Assembly: GCA_963770895.1 (NCBI GenBank)
Contig: CAVYRF010000002.1
Coordinates: forward strand, 2,976,001 to 3,040,000
DNA: 64,000 nucleotides
Reading direction: 5' to 3'
DNA from: an uncultured Acidobacteriota bacterium
Lineage (GTDB): Bacteria; Acidobacteriota; Thermoanaerobaculia; Multivoradales; UBA5704
A model generated the notes under the pieces. The model had not been told where the DNA came from, searched no databases, and saw nothing but the letters and a program-made list of their open reading frames with translations. The position numbers and the translations under genes were made by a program. Numbering within the stretch: the stretch's first letter is position 1; each line of letters opens with the position of its first letter. Below, piece by piece: positions 48,739 through 58,504 of this stretch.

Positions 48739-49842
48739 TCAGGCCACCAGGCGGTCGAGCAGCGGCCACAGCCGCTGGGCAAACCGCTCCGGAGCGAAGT
48801 CCCGCTCGAAACGCCGGCGCCCCGCCGCGCCCAGGTCCGCGGCGTAGGCGGGCGCAGTGAACAGGCGGTCGAGCGCGGCGGCGATCGCCGCCGGGTCCGC
48901 CGGGTCCACCAGCAGACCGGTCTGACCGTCGACGACGATCTCCGCCGCGGCGCTGTCGCGCGCCGCGACGCACGGCTTGCCGGCCCGCATCGCCTCCAGG
49001 TAGACCAGGCCGAAGCCCTCTCCCTGGCTGGGCATCACCAGCACCGCGGCGCGCGCATACAGCTCGGCCAGCGTCGCTTCGCTGACGAAGCCGGTGAACA
49101 GCACCCGCTCGCCAAGCCCCAGGTCTGCCGCCAGGGCGGCCAGACGCGGCCGGTCGTCGCCGTCGCCGGCCACCACCAGCCGCACGCCGCCGGCAGGCGC
49201 GGCCGGCATCCCCGCCAGCGCGGCAAACAGCGCCTGGTGCCCCTTGTAGCGCTCGCTCGCCGCCATGCGTCCGACGATCAGCGCGAAGCCGGAGCCGGCC
49301 TGCGCCAGCAGCGCCGGATCGCGGTCGCCCCCGGGCGGCCGCTCTTCCAGGCAGAGCGGCACCACGTCGATGCCGCCGATGCCGCCGTTGGCCGCCAGCG
49401 TCCGCGCCCGCGTGTACTCCGAGATCGCCAGCCGCACCGCCGCCTGGCGCAGGGCGCGCCGCCGCCCGCCGGCCAGCCGGCGCCACACTTCGATGCCGTA
49501 GATCGTCACCAGGTAGGGTGCCCGCAGCGGCGGCGGCAGCAGGGTCTGCACCCGCGCCGGCCCCAGCAGGTCATAGACGCACGCCGCCCGCCCGCCGAGC
49601 TGCTGCCGCCATGCCGCCAGCGCCAGCGCCCGCCGTCCGTCGCCGAAGCTGCGGGCGCGCGGATCGGAGCCGAATCCGTCCAGCCCGCGCAGCGACAGCA
49701 GCCGCCAGCCGATGCCGCGGTCGCGCGCAAACGCCGCGCAGCTCCCCGCCAGCAGCCGCGCCGCCAGCGCCCGCCCGCCACCGTCCAGATCCAGTCCCGC
49801 AGATACGAAGATCAGGTCGCGGATGGCGAATAGCCTTTGCAC
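48739..49842 (-). CDS. Glycosyltransferase family 4
   Basis: YGIEVW, VGRMAASERYKGH, MPSQGEGFGLVYLEAMRAG. Confidence 0.9.
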   Translation of the reverse strand: MQRLFAIRDLIFVSAGLDLDGGGRALAARLLAGSCAAFARDRGIGWRLLSLRGLDGFGSDPRARSFGDGRRALALAAWRQQLGGRAACVYDLLGPARVQTLLPPPLRAPYLVTIYGIEVWRRLAGGRRRALRQAAVRLAISEYTRARTLAANGGIGGIDVVPLCLEERPPGGDRDPALLAQAGSGFALIVGRMAASERYKGHQALFAALAGMPAAPAGGVRLVVAGDGDDRPRLAALAADLGLGERVLFTGFVSEATLAELYARAAVLVMPSQGEGFGLVYLEAMRAGKPCVAARDSAAAEIVVDGQTGLLVDPADPAAIAAALDRLFTAPAYAADLGAAGRRRFERDFAPERFAQRLWPLLDRLVA

Positions 49843-49998
49843 GCGCCGCCGTGCGCCGCGGAAGAAACCGCCGAAGAGACGCTAAACCCATGAAGATGCA
49901 AGACGCTACCCACCACAGAGCACCAGGAGATCCCCCCGGCGATTGTCCCAGAAGCCGCCGGGCGGCGCAACCGCTTGTCCTGGCGGATTGCCCTGGGC

Positions 49999-51216
49999 TC
50001 AAGGTGTTCGCGGGCCCTGCCGGGAGGGCTCCGGCGCCGACCTCCCAGCCAGGATGGCGCAGACACATCCGATGATGCTCGATACCAGCAAAGAGGCCCA
50101 GATTGGCTCGCCGGTCAGCAGCCCGAAGGCGAACCCGATCGCGAGCCCGATCAGGAGGCCGCCGAAGGCCGGGCTCACGCCGGAAGACGAGTCGGCAGGA
50201 CCGGCGGCGGCCGCAAGGCGTGCGTCCGGAGCCGGTCCGGGGATGTGCCGGGGATCGTCCCAAGTGGTCCATCCCGCAAACCCTGGGACCTGCGATTGCG
50301 CCAGCGCGATGGCGTCGCGTAGCGCTGCCAGGGTGGGGCAGCTCTCAAGCTTCGGCTCGTTCCAGGAGCGGCGAAAGACCTCCAAAAAGGCGGGCGCGAT
50401 CAGGTGGAGCCAGGGCTCGGCAAGCTGGTAGCGGGCGCGGCCGACGTCGGTCCCATGGTGGTCGGTGAAAAAGCCTTGCTCGGTGGCCAGCCGGGAGAGG
50501 TCGGCGTCCGCCAGGATCAGGATCTCCGCCGCCAGGACGGCGGCGGCATAGCGGTCGCCCGCGGCATGCCAGAGGTTGGCGCCGGGCGCCATGCTCACGT
50601 GACGATATCCGGGTGATCCAGTGGACGGATCGATGGGCCGCACGGCGCCCGGCAGGTACATATCCTCCAGGTCCAGGAGCGCGATCTCATGCACGCTCCG
50701 GTCGATCATCACGTTGCCGGGCGAGATGTCGGTGTGGGCGGCTCCGCGCTCTTCGAGCCCCGCCACGATGGTCAGGAAACGCTGGCACAGCTCGATCGCC
50801 ACGCCGCGATCGAGCTTCCAGGCCCCGGCCCTGGCCTCGTTGAGCAGATCGAACCAGGTGCTGCCGGCGAGCCAGGGGATGAGGATCGAATAGGAGAGAT
50901 CGGGATTCAGGAGCGCCGCCGGCTCGGACTCCAGGACGACCCGCCGGTTGGCCGCGGCGAGGCCGGGGAGGTCGTGCAGCGCCCGCAGGTGATCGTTCGC
51001 CGCGACCAGGTTTGGTCCGCGGTACTTTCGCCGCAGCAGCTTGAGGGCGAACAGCCGGCCGTCTTTTTGACTCGTCAGGGCATAGACGACGGCGCGAGTG
51101 CCCTCGGACGAATGAGGCATCCCCGCGGCGCCGGGATGCGTCCGCACGTGGAAGGTCTCGCCGAACAGGACCAGCTGTTCGCCCGCGACCGGGGCGAACC
51201 GGCTAGGGCTTGCCAT
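49999..51216 (-). CDS. Atypical Ser/Thr protein kinase with C-terminal TM segments
   Basis: EGTRAVVY, FALK, ILIPW, HTDISPGNV, LLDLED, GSPGY, DRYAAAVL; hydrophobic C-terminus. Confidence 0.8.
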   Translation of the reverse strand: MASPSRFAPVAGEQLVLFGETFHVRTHPGAAGMPHSSEGTRAVVYALTSQKDGRLFALKLLRRKYRGPNLVAANDHLRALHDLPGLAAANRRVVLESEPAALLNPDLSYSILIPWLAGSTWFDLLNEARAGAWKLDRGVAIELCQRFLTIVAGLEERGAAHTDISPGNVMIDRSVHEIALLDLEDMYLPGAVRPIDPSTGSPGYRHVSMAPGANLWHAAGDRYAAAVLAAEILILADADLSRLATEQGFFTDHHGTDVGRARYQLAEPWLHLIAPAFLEVFRRSWNEPKLESCPTLAALRDAIALAQSQVPGFAGWTTWDDPRHIPGPAPDARLAAAAGPADSSSGVSPAFGGLLIGLAIGFAFGLLTGEPIWASLLVSSIIGCVCAILAGRSAPEPSRQGPRTP

Positions 51217-52777
51217 CGCTTTTCCCCTTCCGGGTGAGCTCGATGTCGTAGTAGCCGAGGAATCGCTTTCTGGAAAGCCCCATTTGCCGGCCGGAAAGAG
51301 TGATCTGGCTGCGGCCGAGGAGCCCTCCTGTTCTGTCCAAGGCGTCGAATGTCACTTCCGTCCTTGGTGCCGAGCCGGTCAGGTACGCCAGCAAGCAACT
51401 CTCGCCGGTTCTACATTTCTGCGTCAGCACGCTCGTCCCAGACGCGGCGATGACTTTAAGATCGGAGGCGCCGGTCGCAGCGAATTCGACGTGAGCTACG
51501 ATCTCTCCAACTCGGCCTTTGTGCTGCGCGGGGAAATCGCCGAATCGTTTTGTGAAGTCGAGCTGCGACAGCTGCCGCTGGTTCACCTCGAACGTCTGCG
51601 GGACCGGCGCCGGCGACACGGGCGTGGTGGCTCGAATTGGAGCTGGGGCCGGGACTGGGTCCTTCTTCGTCGTCGTTCCTGCTTTGCGGCCCGCCGGTCG
51701 CGGTGTCACCGCCGTTTTCCCGGCGGACACGCGAAAAAACCAAAAACAGAGCAGGAGGCCAACCACCCCCGCCGCCAGGCCCGCCGCGAAACTTGCGAGA
51801 AGCGGCCGCCGATGCATGCGCCCGTAGCGCCGAATGGACGAGACCCTCCTGGACTGTGCTGTCGCGCCTCTCCGGTTTACTTTGGCTCCTGAACGCGGCC
51901 CGGACGCGCCCGCCGCCATTTCTGGCCTGGGATTACGGACAATGATCGGGGGTTGCGACACCGCAGTCCCCATCGCCAGTTTTTTCTCTTTGCCCGCGGG
52001 AAGGGACCTCCGAATCTCGAGGGCGATGAAGGACAGGTCATCCACCTTGGCGCGCTCGTCCGCTTCGGCCTGGAAAACCTGTTCCGACACCCACGGCTTC
52101 GCCAGCGACTCGGCCCACACCTTTCGCAGGCCGTCGGAATGGATGACGATTCCGGCCACGTCGTGCAGTGGCGTGACCCGTAGCCGGAGGTCGCTCTGCC
52201 CGCGGCTGGCCCACCTGCCGTTGGCATCCGCCTTTTCTTCCTGGCGGCCGTTCTTGCGATGGAAGACCCAGGAAAAGATGTCGCCGACTTGATAGAGCGT
52301 CAAATCCTCGCGCGGACCGCGAAAATCGAGCAGGAAGGCAGCGAAGACGGCCCGGCTGCCTTTTTTTTCCCGCACTGGCGCCAGCGCTTCTTCCAGGTTT
52401 GGATTTGCCGGCCGCGTCTCCTGCACGACCGGATCCACTTCGCCGGCCAGCGCAAGGAGCCACTGTGCGAAGTCCTCTTCGGCCGGCGGCTGAGCGCGCT
52501 TCTGCCAGAGGTAATCCATCACCTTTTGGCTCACCTCTCGCGCCGCGATGTCGCCGTAATACGATTGGCTGACCCCGTCGGCCACGATTCCCACCACATA
52601 GCCAACGTCGCCACGAACAGCGCAGAAGTCCTGGCCGCAGGAGTTATCCGCTTCGAAGTCCAGGCACCGGCGGTAGCCCCATGCGCCCGTTACCTCGATG
52701 CCGCCACGTAGGCCACGGATTTGGAAAGGTGTGTACTGCACCTTTCCGCTTCGCTGCTCCGAGTGATCGTCAATCAT
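51203..52777 (-). CDS. PP2C-family phosphatase with a TM segment and extracytoplasmic C-terminal region; start uncertain (52777 or 52810)
   Basis: GQD, VADGVSQS, VGD, HSDGL, DDLSFI; TM LLASFAAGLAAGVVGLLLCFWFF. Confidence 0.8.
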   Translation of the reverse strand: MIDDHSEQRSGKVQYTPFQIRGLRGGIEVTGAWGYRRCLDFEADNSCGQDFCAVRGDVGYVVGIVADGVSQSYYGDIAAREVSQKVMDYLWQKRAQPPAEEDFAQWLLALAGEVDPVVQETRPANPNLEEALAPVREKKGSRAVFAAFLLDFRGPREDLTLYQVGDIFSWVFHRKNGRQEEKADANGRWASRGQSDLRLRVTPLHDVAGIVIHSDGLRKVWAESLAKPWVSEQVFQAEADERAKVDDLSFIALEIRRSLPAGKEKKLAMGTAVSQPPIIVRNPRPEMAAGASGPRSGAKVNRRGATAQSRRVSSIRRYGRMHRRPLLASFAAGLAAGVVGLLLCFWFFRVSAGKTAVTPRPAGRKAGTTTKKDPVPAPAPIRATTPVSPAPVPQTFEVNQRQLSQLDFTKRFGDFPAQHKGRVGEIVAHVEFAATGASDLKVIAASGTSVLTQKCRTGESCLLAYLTGSAPRTEVTFDALDRTGGLLGRSQITLSGRQMGLSRKRFLGYYDIELTRKGKSDGKP

Positions 52778-52790
52778 GGATGGTGCAAGG

Positions 52791-53960
52791 CTATGGTTTC
52801 GGGGTGCCATGAGCGCCATTCCCCGCAAGAGCTGGAGCGTTGGGGTCGGGGGTGACCGCAGGGTGAGGGGCCCATGCGAGGATCTGCCTTTCCGGTACGG
52901 ACGGGAGCGGTGCTGCATGCTTCTCCCACCGCACCGGCTCTGGTGCGACAGGGGCCTGGGGGAGCGGCTCCACGGGCCCGAAGGTCACCAGCTCCTTGGG
53001 CGACTGTCGCTCCAAAGGAGCAAAGGGCTCCCAGGTGACGTCGTCCAGGGCCGTCACCCACTCGGCGAGCCTTGGGCACTCGGCGAAGGTCCGTGAAGCC
53101 CAGGCGCGTTCCAGCAGGGCCCTGGCAGTGGGACGTTGCGCCTCGACCGCCGAGGCGAGCACATGGAACCGTGCGCTCGAAGGGATCTGCATCTCCTTCG
53201 GATCGAAGAACGACTCGCCGTAGCGGGCGGCGCGCACCGGTTCGGCGTACCAGGCGAGGATCTCGGACAGCAGGATGGCGCCGGCGAAGCGGTCAGCATC
53301 AGCTCCCCTCTGCCCCTGGGCGCTGGCGTGGTGCTGATAGCCGGGGGTGCCCAGCATGACGTTCTTCGGCGTCGCGAAACCGGGTCCGAACAGGTCCTCG
53401 ACGTCGATCAGCTGAGGACTGCCGTCGACGGCGTCGAGAAGCAGGTTGGCCGACGAAATGTCGCAGTGGGCCATCGACTCGCGCTCGAGGTGAGCCAGGA
53501 TGAGCGCAAACCTTCTGGTCAGCGAAAGAGCCGCGGGAGCGTTCACCACGTGCTGCTGCTGATTCAGGATCTCCGTCCAGGAGGGACCGGAGATCCACGG
53601 CATGAGGATCGAAAAGGAGAGGTCCGGAAAGCTGCCGAGAATGCTCGCGGCGGTGCTTTGGCTCAGGCAGCGACGCTTGCAGACCCGCAGACCGTCCCAG
53701 CTGTGCAGCGGTTCGAGGCGCTGACAGACGTCGACCAGGGCCGGGTCGATGAAGCGCTGGCGCATCACCTTGAATGCATATTCGGCCGCCCCCGGCGAGC
53801 GCGATCCCCTCTCCCGCAAGTGATAGACGAATGCCTGCCCACCTTCCATCGAATGGACCGTTCCTCGGGCGTTCGGATGCTCGATGGCCTCCAGCCGGTA
53901 GGTGTCGGCGCCGATGGAAAGATCGAGCTGCTGGCCTGGATTCAGGCGGAAGCGAGTCAT
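52791..53960 (-). CDS. Atypical Ser/Thr protein kinase (paralog of 49999..51216)
   Basis: EGGQAFVY, YAFK, ILMPW, HCDISSANL, LIDVED, GTPGY, DRFAGAIL. Confidence 0.82.
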   Translation of the reverse strand: MTRFRLNPGQQLDLSIGADTYRLEAIEHPNARGTVHSMEGGQAFVYHLRERGSRSPGAAEYAFKVMRQRFIDPALVDVCQRLEPLHSWDGLRVCKRRCLSQSTAASILGSFPDLSFSILMPWISGPSWTEILNQQQHVVNAPAALSLTRRFALILAHLERESMAHCDISSANLLLDAVDGSPQLIDVEDLFGPGFATPKNVMLGTPGYQHHASAQGQRGADADRFAGAILLSEILAWYAEPVRAARYGESFFDPKEMQIPSSARFHVLASAVEAQRPTARALLERAWASRTFAECPRLAEWVTALDDVTWEPFAPLERQSPKELVTFGPVEPLPQAPVAPEPVRWEKHAAPLPSVPERQILAWAPHPAVTPDPNAPALAGNGAHGTPKP

Positions 53961-53997
53961 CGCGATCGTCCTCTGTCGAGTTGGAGTCGCATGGGCA

Positions 53998-54747
53998 TCA
54001 CCGGGTCGGCGTCGCGCCCGACATCGCGAAAGCCAGCTCCACCAGCTCCTTGCTGATGCCCGGGATGAGCATCCGGCAGCCGGCCTTGAGCGCATACCCG
54101 TCGGCCTGCACCACCTCGGCGTAGCCGGCAGGGAGCTCCGACGACATGTTGAACAGCTTGGCGGCGTAGGGATTATTGAGCTCCGCGACGTCCGTGAACC
54201 CGGCCCATGTGGAGGCGTCGGTGATCGGCTGCCGGGTGAGGTCGGGGGCGATGAAAATGTTTTCGACCAGCACCTTGCCGTCGTCGTTGCTCAGCTGCAT
54301 GATCTGCTGGGCAATCGGCTCCGGATCGTCGCCGGTGTAGGCCCCGTCCGTGAGGTGGCAGACCATCGGCGCCGGGTGGCCCTTCAGGTTCGGCAGCTCC
54401 TTCTGCAGCAGACCGAGCGCGAAGCGGAACGCCTCGGCCGTATCCGTGGTGGTGGTCGGGGAGAAGTTGGGGCGCCCCAGGTCCCAGACCTCCTTGATCG
54501 TCTTGACGCCGCCCACCACGTCGCGCGGCCTGTCGCTGTAGGGGATCAGGGCCAGGTTGTAGCGGGGCGAAACCACGTTGCCCTTGGTCGAGCGCTGCAC
54601 CATGCGCCGCAGGACGCCATGGAGAGCCTCGTTCAGATGCTCGATCTTCCTGGCGCCCTCGAATTGCTCGCCCATCGAGCCGCTGCAGTCGAGGAGGTAG
54701 ATGACCAGCGCGGGCGTGGCCGCCGTCGCCACGGTGTTATAGGGCAT
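53998..54747 (-). CDS. vWA-domain (TerY-like) protein
   Basis: MIDAS motif LLDCSGSM, TDTAEAF, HLTDG. Confidence 0.88.
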   Translation of the reverse strand: MPYNTVATAATPALVIYLLDCSGSMGEQFEGARKIEHLNEALHGVLRRMVQRSTKGNVVSPRYNLALIPYSDRPRDVVGGVKTIKEVWDLGRPNFSPTTTTDTAEAFRFALGLLQKELPNLKGHPAPMVCHLTDGAYTGDDPEPIAQQIMQLSNDDGKVLVENIFIAPDLTRQPITDASTWAGFTDVAELNNPYAAKLFNMSSELPAGYAEVVQADGYALKAGCRMLIPGISKELVELAFAMSGATPTR

Positions 54748-54849
54748 GCAGGTCCCCTTTCAGGTTGCCGTCAGCCGGGCAGATCCCAGCTGGCAACCTC
54801 AGGAGACACCTCGCACGCGAGGACTGTTTAGTACATTGCAGCCCGGCCG

Positions 54850-55635
54850 CTACCCCTGCGTGCGGCGCTGGATCTCGGCTTCGATGGCGGGCATGAGCTG
54901 GGGCGGGGCGGCGACCAGGCGGGTGAGCAGGGGGTGGGGGCGGTTGAAGCGCTCTTCGTCGCGGCTGCCGGCGGCGATGCGGCCGCCGGCGGCGAGGACC
55001 AGGGCGGCGCCGGCGGCGACGTCCCATTCGTGTTTGGGCACCAGGGTCCAGGTGGCGTCGGCGAGGCCGGCGGCGACCAGGGCCAGCTTGTAGGCGACGG
55101 AGCCCAGCGGCACGACGCGGAAGGGGGCGCCGGCGAAGGGCTGCCAGCGGCCTTTTTCCACCTCGGTGCGGCTGGCCAGGACCTGGGCTCCGGCGAGCGT
55201 CGGCCGGTCGCTCATGCGCGCCGGCTGGCCGTTGAGGGTGACGCCGTGGCCGCGGGCGCCCAGGAAGACCTGCTGGGCGGGCGGGCAGGCGATGCCGCCG
55301 GCGACGGGCTGGCCGTCTTCGACCAGCCCGACCGAAATGGACCATTCGGGCAGGCCCAGGACGAACTCGCGGGTACCGTCGAGCGGATCGACCACCCAGA
55401 CCCTGCGGTGGTCGAGCCGCGCGCGGTCGTCGGCGGTCTCTTCGGAGAGCCACCCCTCGCCCGGCTGGTGGAGCAGCCGCTTGAGCACCGAGTCGACCAG
55501 GGTGTCGGCCTCGGTGACGGGGTCGCCGCCGCTCTTGCGCCGGGCCTCGATGGCGCCCGGCACGAAGCGGGCTATCACCCGCTGCGCTTCGTCAAGAGCG
55601 GCGGCGATGCGGGCCAGGTCTTCGCTGTACGGCAT
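54850..55635 (-). CDS. cysQ: 3'(2'),5'-bisphosphate nucleotidase CysQ / inositol monophosphatase family
   Basis: DPVTEAD, LSEE, VWVVDPLDGTREF, HEWDVAAG; adjacent to sat-cysC. Confidence 0.85.
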   Translation of the reverse strand: MPYSEDLARIAAALDEAQRVIARFVPGAIEARRKSGGDPVTEADTLVDSVLKRLLHQPGEGWLSEETADDRARLDHRRVWVVDPLDGTREFVLGLPEWSISVGLVEDGQPVAGGIACPPAQQVFLGARGHGVTLNGQPARMSDRPTLAGAQVLASRTEVEKGRWQPFAGAPFRVVPLGSVAYKLALVAAGLADATWTLVPKHEWDVAAGAALVLAAGGRIAAGSRDEERFNRPHPLLTRLVAAPPQLMPAIEAEIQRRTQG

Positions 55636-55664
55636 CGTTTGCCTTCCCGTCCCGCCGCGCCGGC

Positions 55665-57461
55665 CTAGCTGGCGAGGGTGGCGCCGAGATAGCCTTCGCG
55701 CTCCAGGTACAGCAGGATCTCCTGGGCCGACTGCTCGGGGGAGAGGCTGCCGGCGTCGAGCGTCAGCTCGGCGTCCACCGGCGCCTCGTAGGGGTCGGAG
55801 ATGCCGGTGAACTCCTTGAGGATGCCGGCGCGGGCCTTGGCGTACAGCCCCTTGCGGTCGCGTTGCTCGCAGACGTCGATCGACGTCGCCACGTGCACCA
55901 GCATGAAGCCGCCGCCGGGCTCGACCATCGACCGCACCTCCTTGCGCACCGCGTCGTAGGGGGCGATGGGGGCGCACAGCGCGATGCCGCCGTTGCGGGT
56001 GATCTCGGCGGCGACGAAGCCGATGCGCCGGATGTTGATGTCGCGGTGCTCCTTCGAGAAGTTGAGCTCGGAGGAGAGGTTCTTGCGCACGATGTCGCCG
56101 TCGAGCAGCGTCACCGGCCGGCCTCCCATCTCCATCAGCTTGATCTGCAGGGCGTTGGCGATGGTCGATTTGCCGGCGCCCGACAGGCCGGTGAGGAAGA
56201 TGGTGAAACCCTGCCGCGCGCGCGGCGGGTGGGTGCGGCGCAGCTCGTCGGCCACCTCGGGGAAGGTGAACCAGCCGGGCAGGTCGCTGCCCTCGGCGAG
56301 GCGGCGGCGCAGCTCGGTGCCCGAGATGTCGAGCGTCCGTCTGCCCTCCGGCACTTCGTCCACCGGCAGGTAGGTATCCATGTCCTCGACGTAGACCAGC
56401 TGCTTGAACGGCACCATCTGCACGCCCAGCTCCCCTTCGTGGGCGCGCAGCAGCTCCTGCGCGTCGTACGGGCCGTAGAACGGCTTGCCGGACGAATCGG
56501 CGCCCGGTCCGGCGTGGTCGCGGCCGACGATGAAGTGGGTGCAGCCGTGGTTCTTGCGGATGATGGCGTGCAGCAGCGCTTCGCGCGGGCCGCCCATGCG
56601 CATGGCGAGGCCGAGCAGGGCGAGCTTCGCGGTGTGCTGCGGGAAGCGGTGCAGGATCGCCTGGTAGCAGCGCACGCGGGTGTAGTGATCCAGGTCGCGC
56701 GGCTTGGTCATGCCGACGGTGGGATGGATCAGCAGGTTGGCGCGCGCCTCCTTGGCCGCGGCCAGCGTCAGCTCGCAGTGGGCGCGGTGCATCGGGTTGC
56801 GGGTCTGGAACGCCACCACCCGCCGCCAGCCTTCGCGCGCCATCTCGGCGCGCAGCTCGGCGGGCGTCAGGCGCAGCGGGCGAAAGTCGTAGTGGACCGG
56901 CGCCTGCACGCCTTCCAGGCGGCCGGCGACAAACACCGGGTGGGTGCGGTCCAGCTGGTAGGCGACGCCGGGATGCTTCTTGTTGGTGGTGCCGAACACG
57001 GCCTTGGCGCTGGCCGCCAGGTCGGGCTCCCACATCTCGTCGACGTGCAGGGCGGCGAGCATGACGCCTTCGGCGTCGCGCAGGGCCAGCACTGAGCGCC
57101 CGACGTGCAGCGTCGCGGCCAGCTCGCGCGGGATGTCCAGGGTGATCGGGATCGGCCACAGCGTGCCGTTGGCCAGCCGCATGCCGGCGCAGACCGCGTC
57201 GTGGTCGGCCTGGCCCAGGAAGCCGGTGAGCGGCGAAAAGCTGCCGTCCAGCAGCAGCTCCAGGTCGCAGATCTGCCGCGGCGTCAGGTCCCAGGACGGC
57301 CAGTCGCGGGACGCTGCCTTCAGCTCGGCGGCGCGCTGCGGCTCCGCCATCAGGTTGACCAACGTGCCGCCGTGCGGCTCGATCAAGGCATCGGCGCCGC
57401 TCTCTCTGGGGTCGGCCGGGGCGCCGGAAGGAAACGCAAGGGTATTTTTCATTGAGTCCAT
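55665..57461 (-). CDS. sat/cysC: Bifunctional sulfate adenylyltransferase / adenylylsulfate kinase
   Basis: AFQTRNPMHRAH, MGGPREA, FIVGRDHAG, ISGTELR, FLTGLSGAGKST, LLDGDIVR, RDRKGLY, FTGISDPYE. Confidence 0.96.
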   Translation of the reverse strand: MDSMKNTLAFPSGAPADPRESGADALIEPHGGTLVNLMAEPQRAAELKAASRDWPSWDLTPRQICDLELLLDGSFSPLTGFLGQADHDAVCAGMRLANGTLWPIPITLDIPRELAATLHVGRSVLALRDAEGVMLAALHVDEMWEPDLAASAKAVFGTTNKKHPGVAYQLDRTHPVFVAGRLEGVQAPVHYDFRPLRLTPAELRAEMAREGWRRVVAFQTRNPMHRAHCELTLAAAKEARANLLIHPTVGMTKPRDLDHYTRVRCYQAILHRFPQHTAKLALLGLAMRMGGPREALLHAIIRKNHGCTHFIVGRDHAGPGADSSGKPFYGPYDAQELLRAHEGELGVQMVPFKQLVYVEDMDTYLPVDEVPEGRRTLDISGTELRRRLAEGSDLPGWFTFPEVADELRRTHPPRARQGFTIFLTGLSGAGKSTIANALQIKLMEMGGRPVTLLDGDIVRKNLSSELNFSKEHRDINIRRIGFVAAEITRNGGIALCAPIAPYDAVRKEVRSMVEPGGGFMLVHVATSIDVCEQRDRKGLYAKARAGILKEFTGISDPYEAPVDAELTLDAGSLSPEQSAQEILLYLEREGYLGATLAS

Positions 57462-57688
57462 GGGGTCGGGTCTTTCGGACGGCGCAGCGAGGACGCCTGG
57501 TCAGGGAGGCAGGAATGCCCGTAACAGTTGTGCTGGGCAAGGCCAGGAAGCGGACAGCCGCGGCGTATTTCAGCCCGCGCGCGCAAGCCGGCCGCGCCGC
57601 CGGCCGCCGGCACGAAGCTGCCGCGAGCCGCCGGCAGGGTGCCGCGGGGCGTCGGGCGCCGGCAGGGCCGGCAGCGGTGCGTTGGGGA

Positions 57689-58354
57689 TTACGGCCGCGA
57701 CGGCGACGACTGCGGGCGATCGACGATGATCGTCGTGATGCCGCCGGCGCCGGCGGCGATCAGCGGGATGAGGATCTCTTTGCGCTCCCACCAGGCGACG
57801 ACACAGGTGCGGCAGGTCTTGTCGGTGCGCGTGATGGTCTGGTAGTTGATGCGGGTGGCGATGCCGTCGCACAGGAAGCCCATGACGCGGTTGTTTTCCT
57901 GCTGGGCGGTGGTTTCGCCGATCGTCAGGTTTTGCGCCGCGCCGTACTGTTGCGGCGTCAGCTGCACCTTGCAGTCGCTGGTCACCTTGGCGGTGCGCAC
58001 CGCCGAGCGCACGACTTCGGCGCCGGCGGCGTCGACCAGCACGCCGTAGTATTCGACCTGGGTGGTGTGCGATTCGGGCTTGGGGGGCGTCGCCCAATAC
58101 TTGCCCGGACCGTCGTGCTCCAGCTCCACCCAGTATTTGTCGCCGTGATCCAGCCAGCGGAAGTAGAGCCGCGCCGAGCTGCCGCCAGGTTCGCCCGCCG
58201 TCGTGGCGTGCACCACCTGGTTGTCGGCGGTCCGCATGCAGCTCAGCTGTTCCACCGCAATCGTCGGCCCCTGCGCCGCCAGGGGCCCACCGGCTCCGGC
58301 GGCAAGCGCCAGCGTGGCGACCGCAGCGGCACTCAGGATCTGGCGTACAGTCAT
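57689..58354 (-). CDS. Secreted hypothetical protein with a hydrophobic C-terminal tail ending SSPSRP
   Basis: Signal peptide MTVRQILSAAAVATLALAAG; beta-rich body with several Cys; ...ILIPLIAAGAGGITTIIVDRPQSSPSRP. Confidence 0.7.
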   Translation of the reverse strand: MTVRQILSAAAVATLALAAGAGGPLAAQGPTIAVEQLSCMRTADNQVVHATTAGEPGGSSARLYFRWLDHGDKYWVELEHDGPGKYWATPPKPESHTTQVEYYGVLVDAAGAEVVRSAVRTAKVTSDCKVQLTPQQYGAAQNLTIGETTAQQENNRVMGFLCDGIATRINYQTITRTDKTCRTCVVAWWERKEILIPLIAAGAGGITTIIVDRPQSSPSRP

Positions 58355-58504
58355 CGATCAGACCAACCTTTCTGGAACTACCACCCGCAGCTGCCCAAAC
58401 CGCGACGCGCAGTCGTCAAGCGACGCAATTATATACCCCGTGACGCCTTGCTGGAAAGTGCCGGCGCGGCAGCGCGTGGACGTCGGCCCTGGGGGCATGG
58501 GTTT

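Noticed and set aside
18761-49486. Very long N-terminal extensions of track ORFs (e.g. 37611..40667, 45363..48245, 31237..33678) suggesting fusions
   Set aside because: The extensions are off-frame read-through of upstream genes; true starts sit at ATGA/GTGA overlaps
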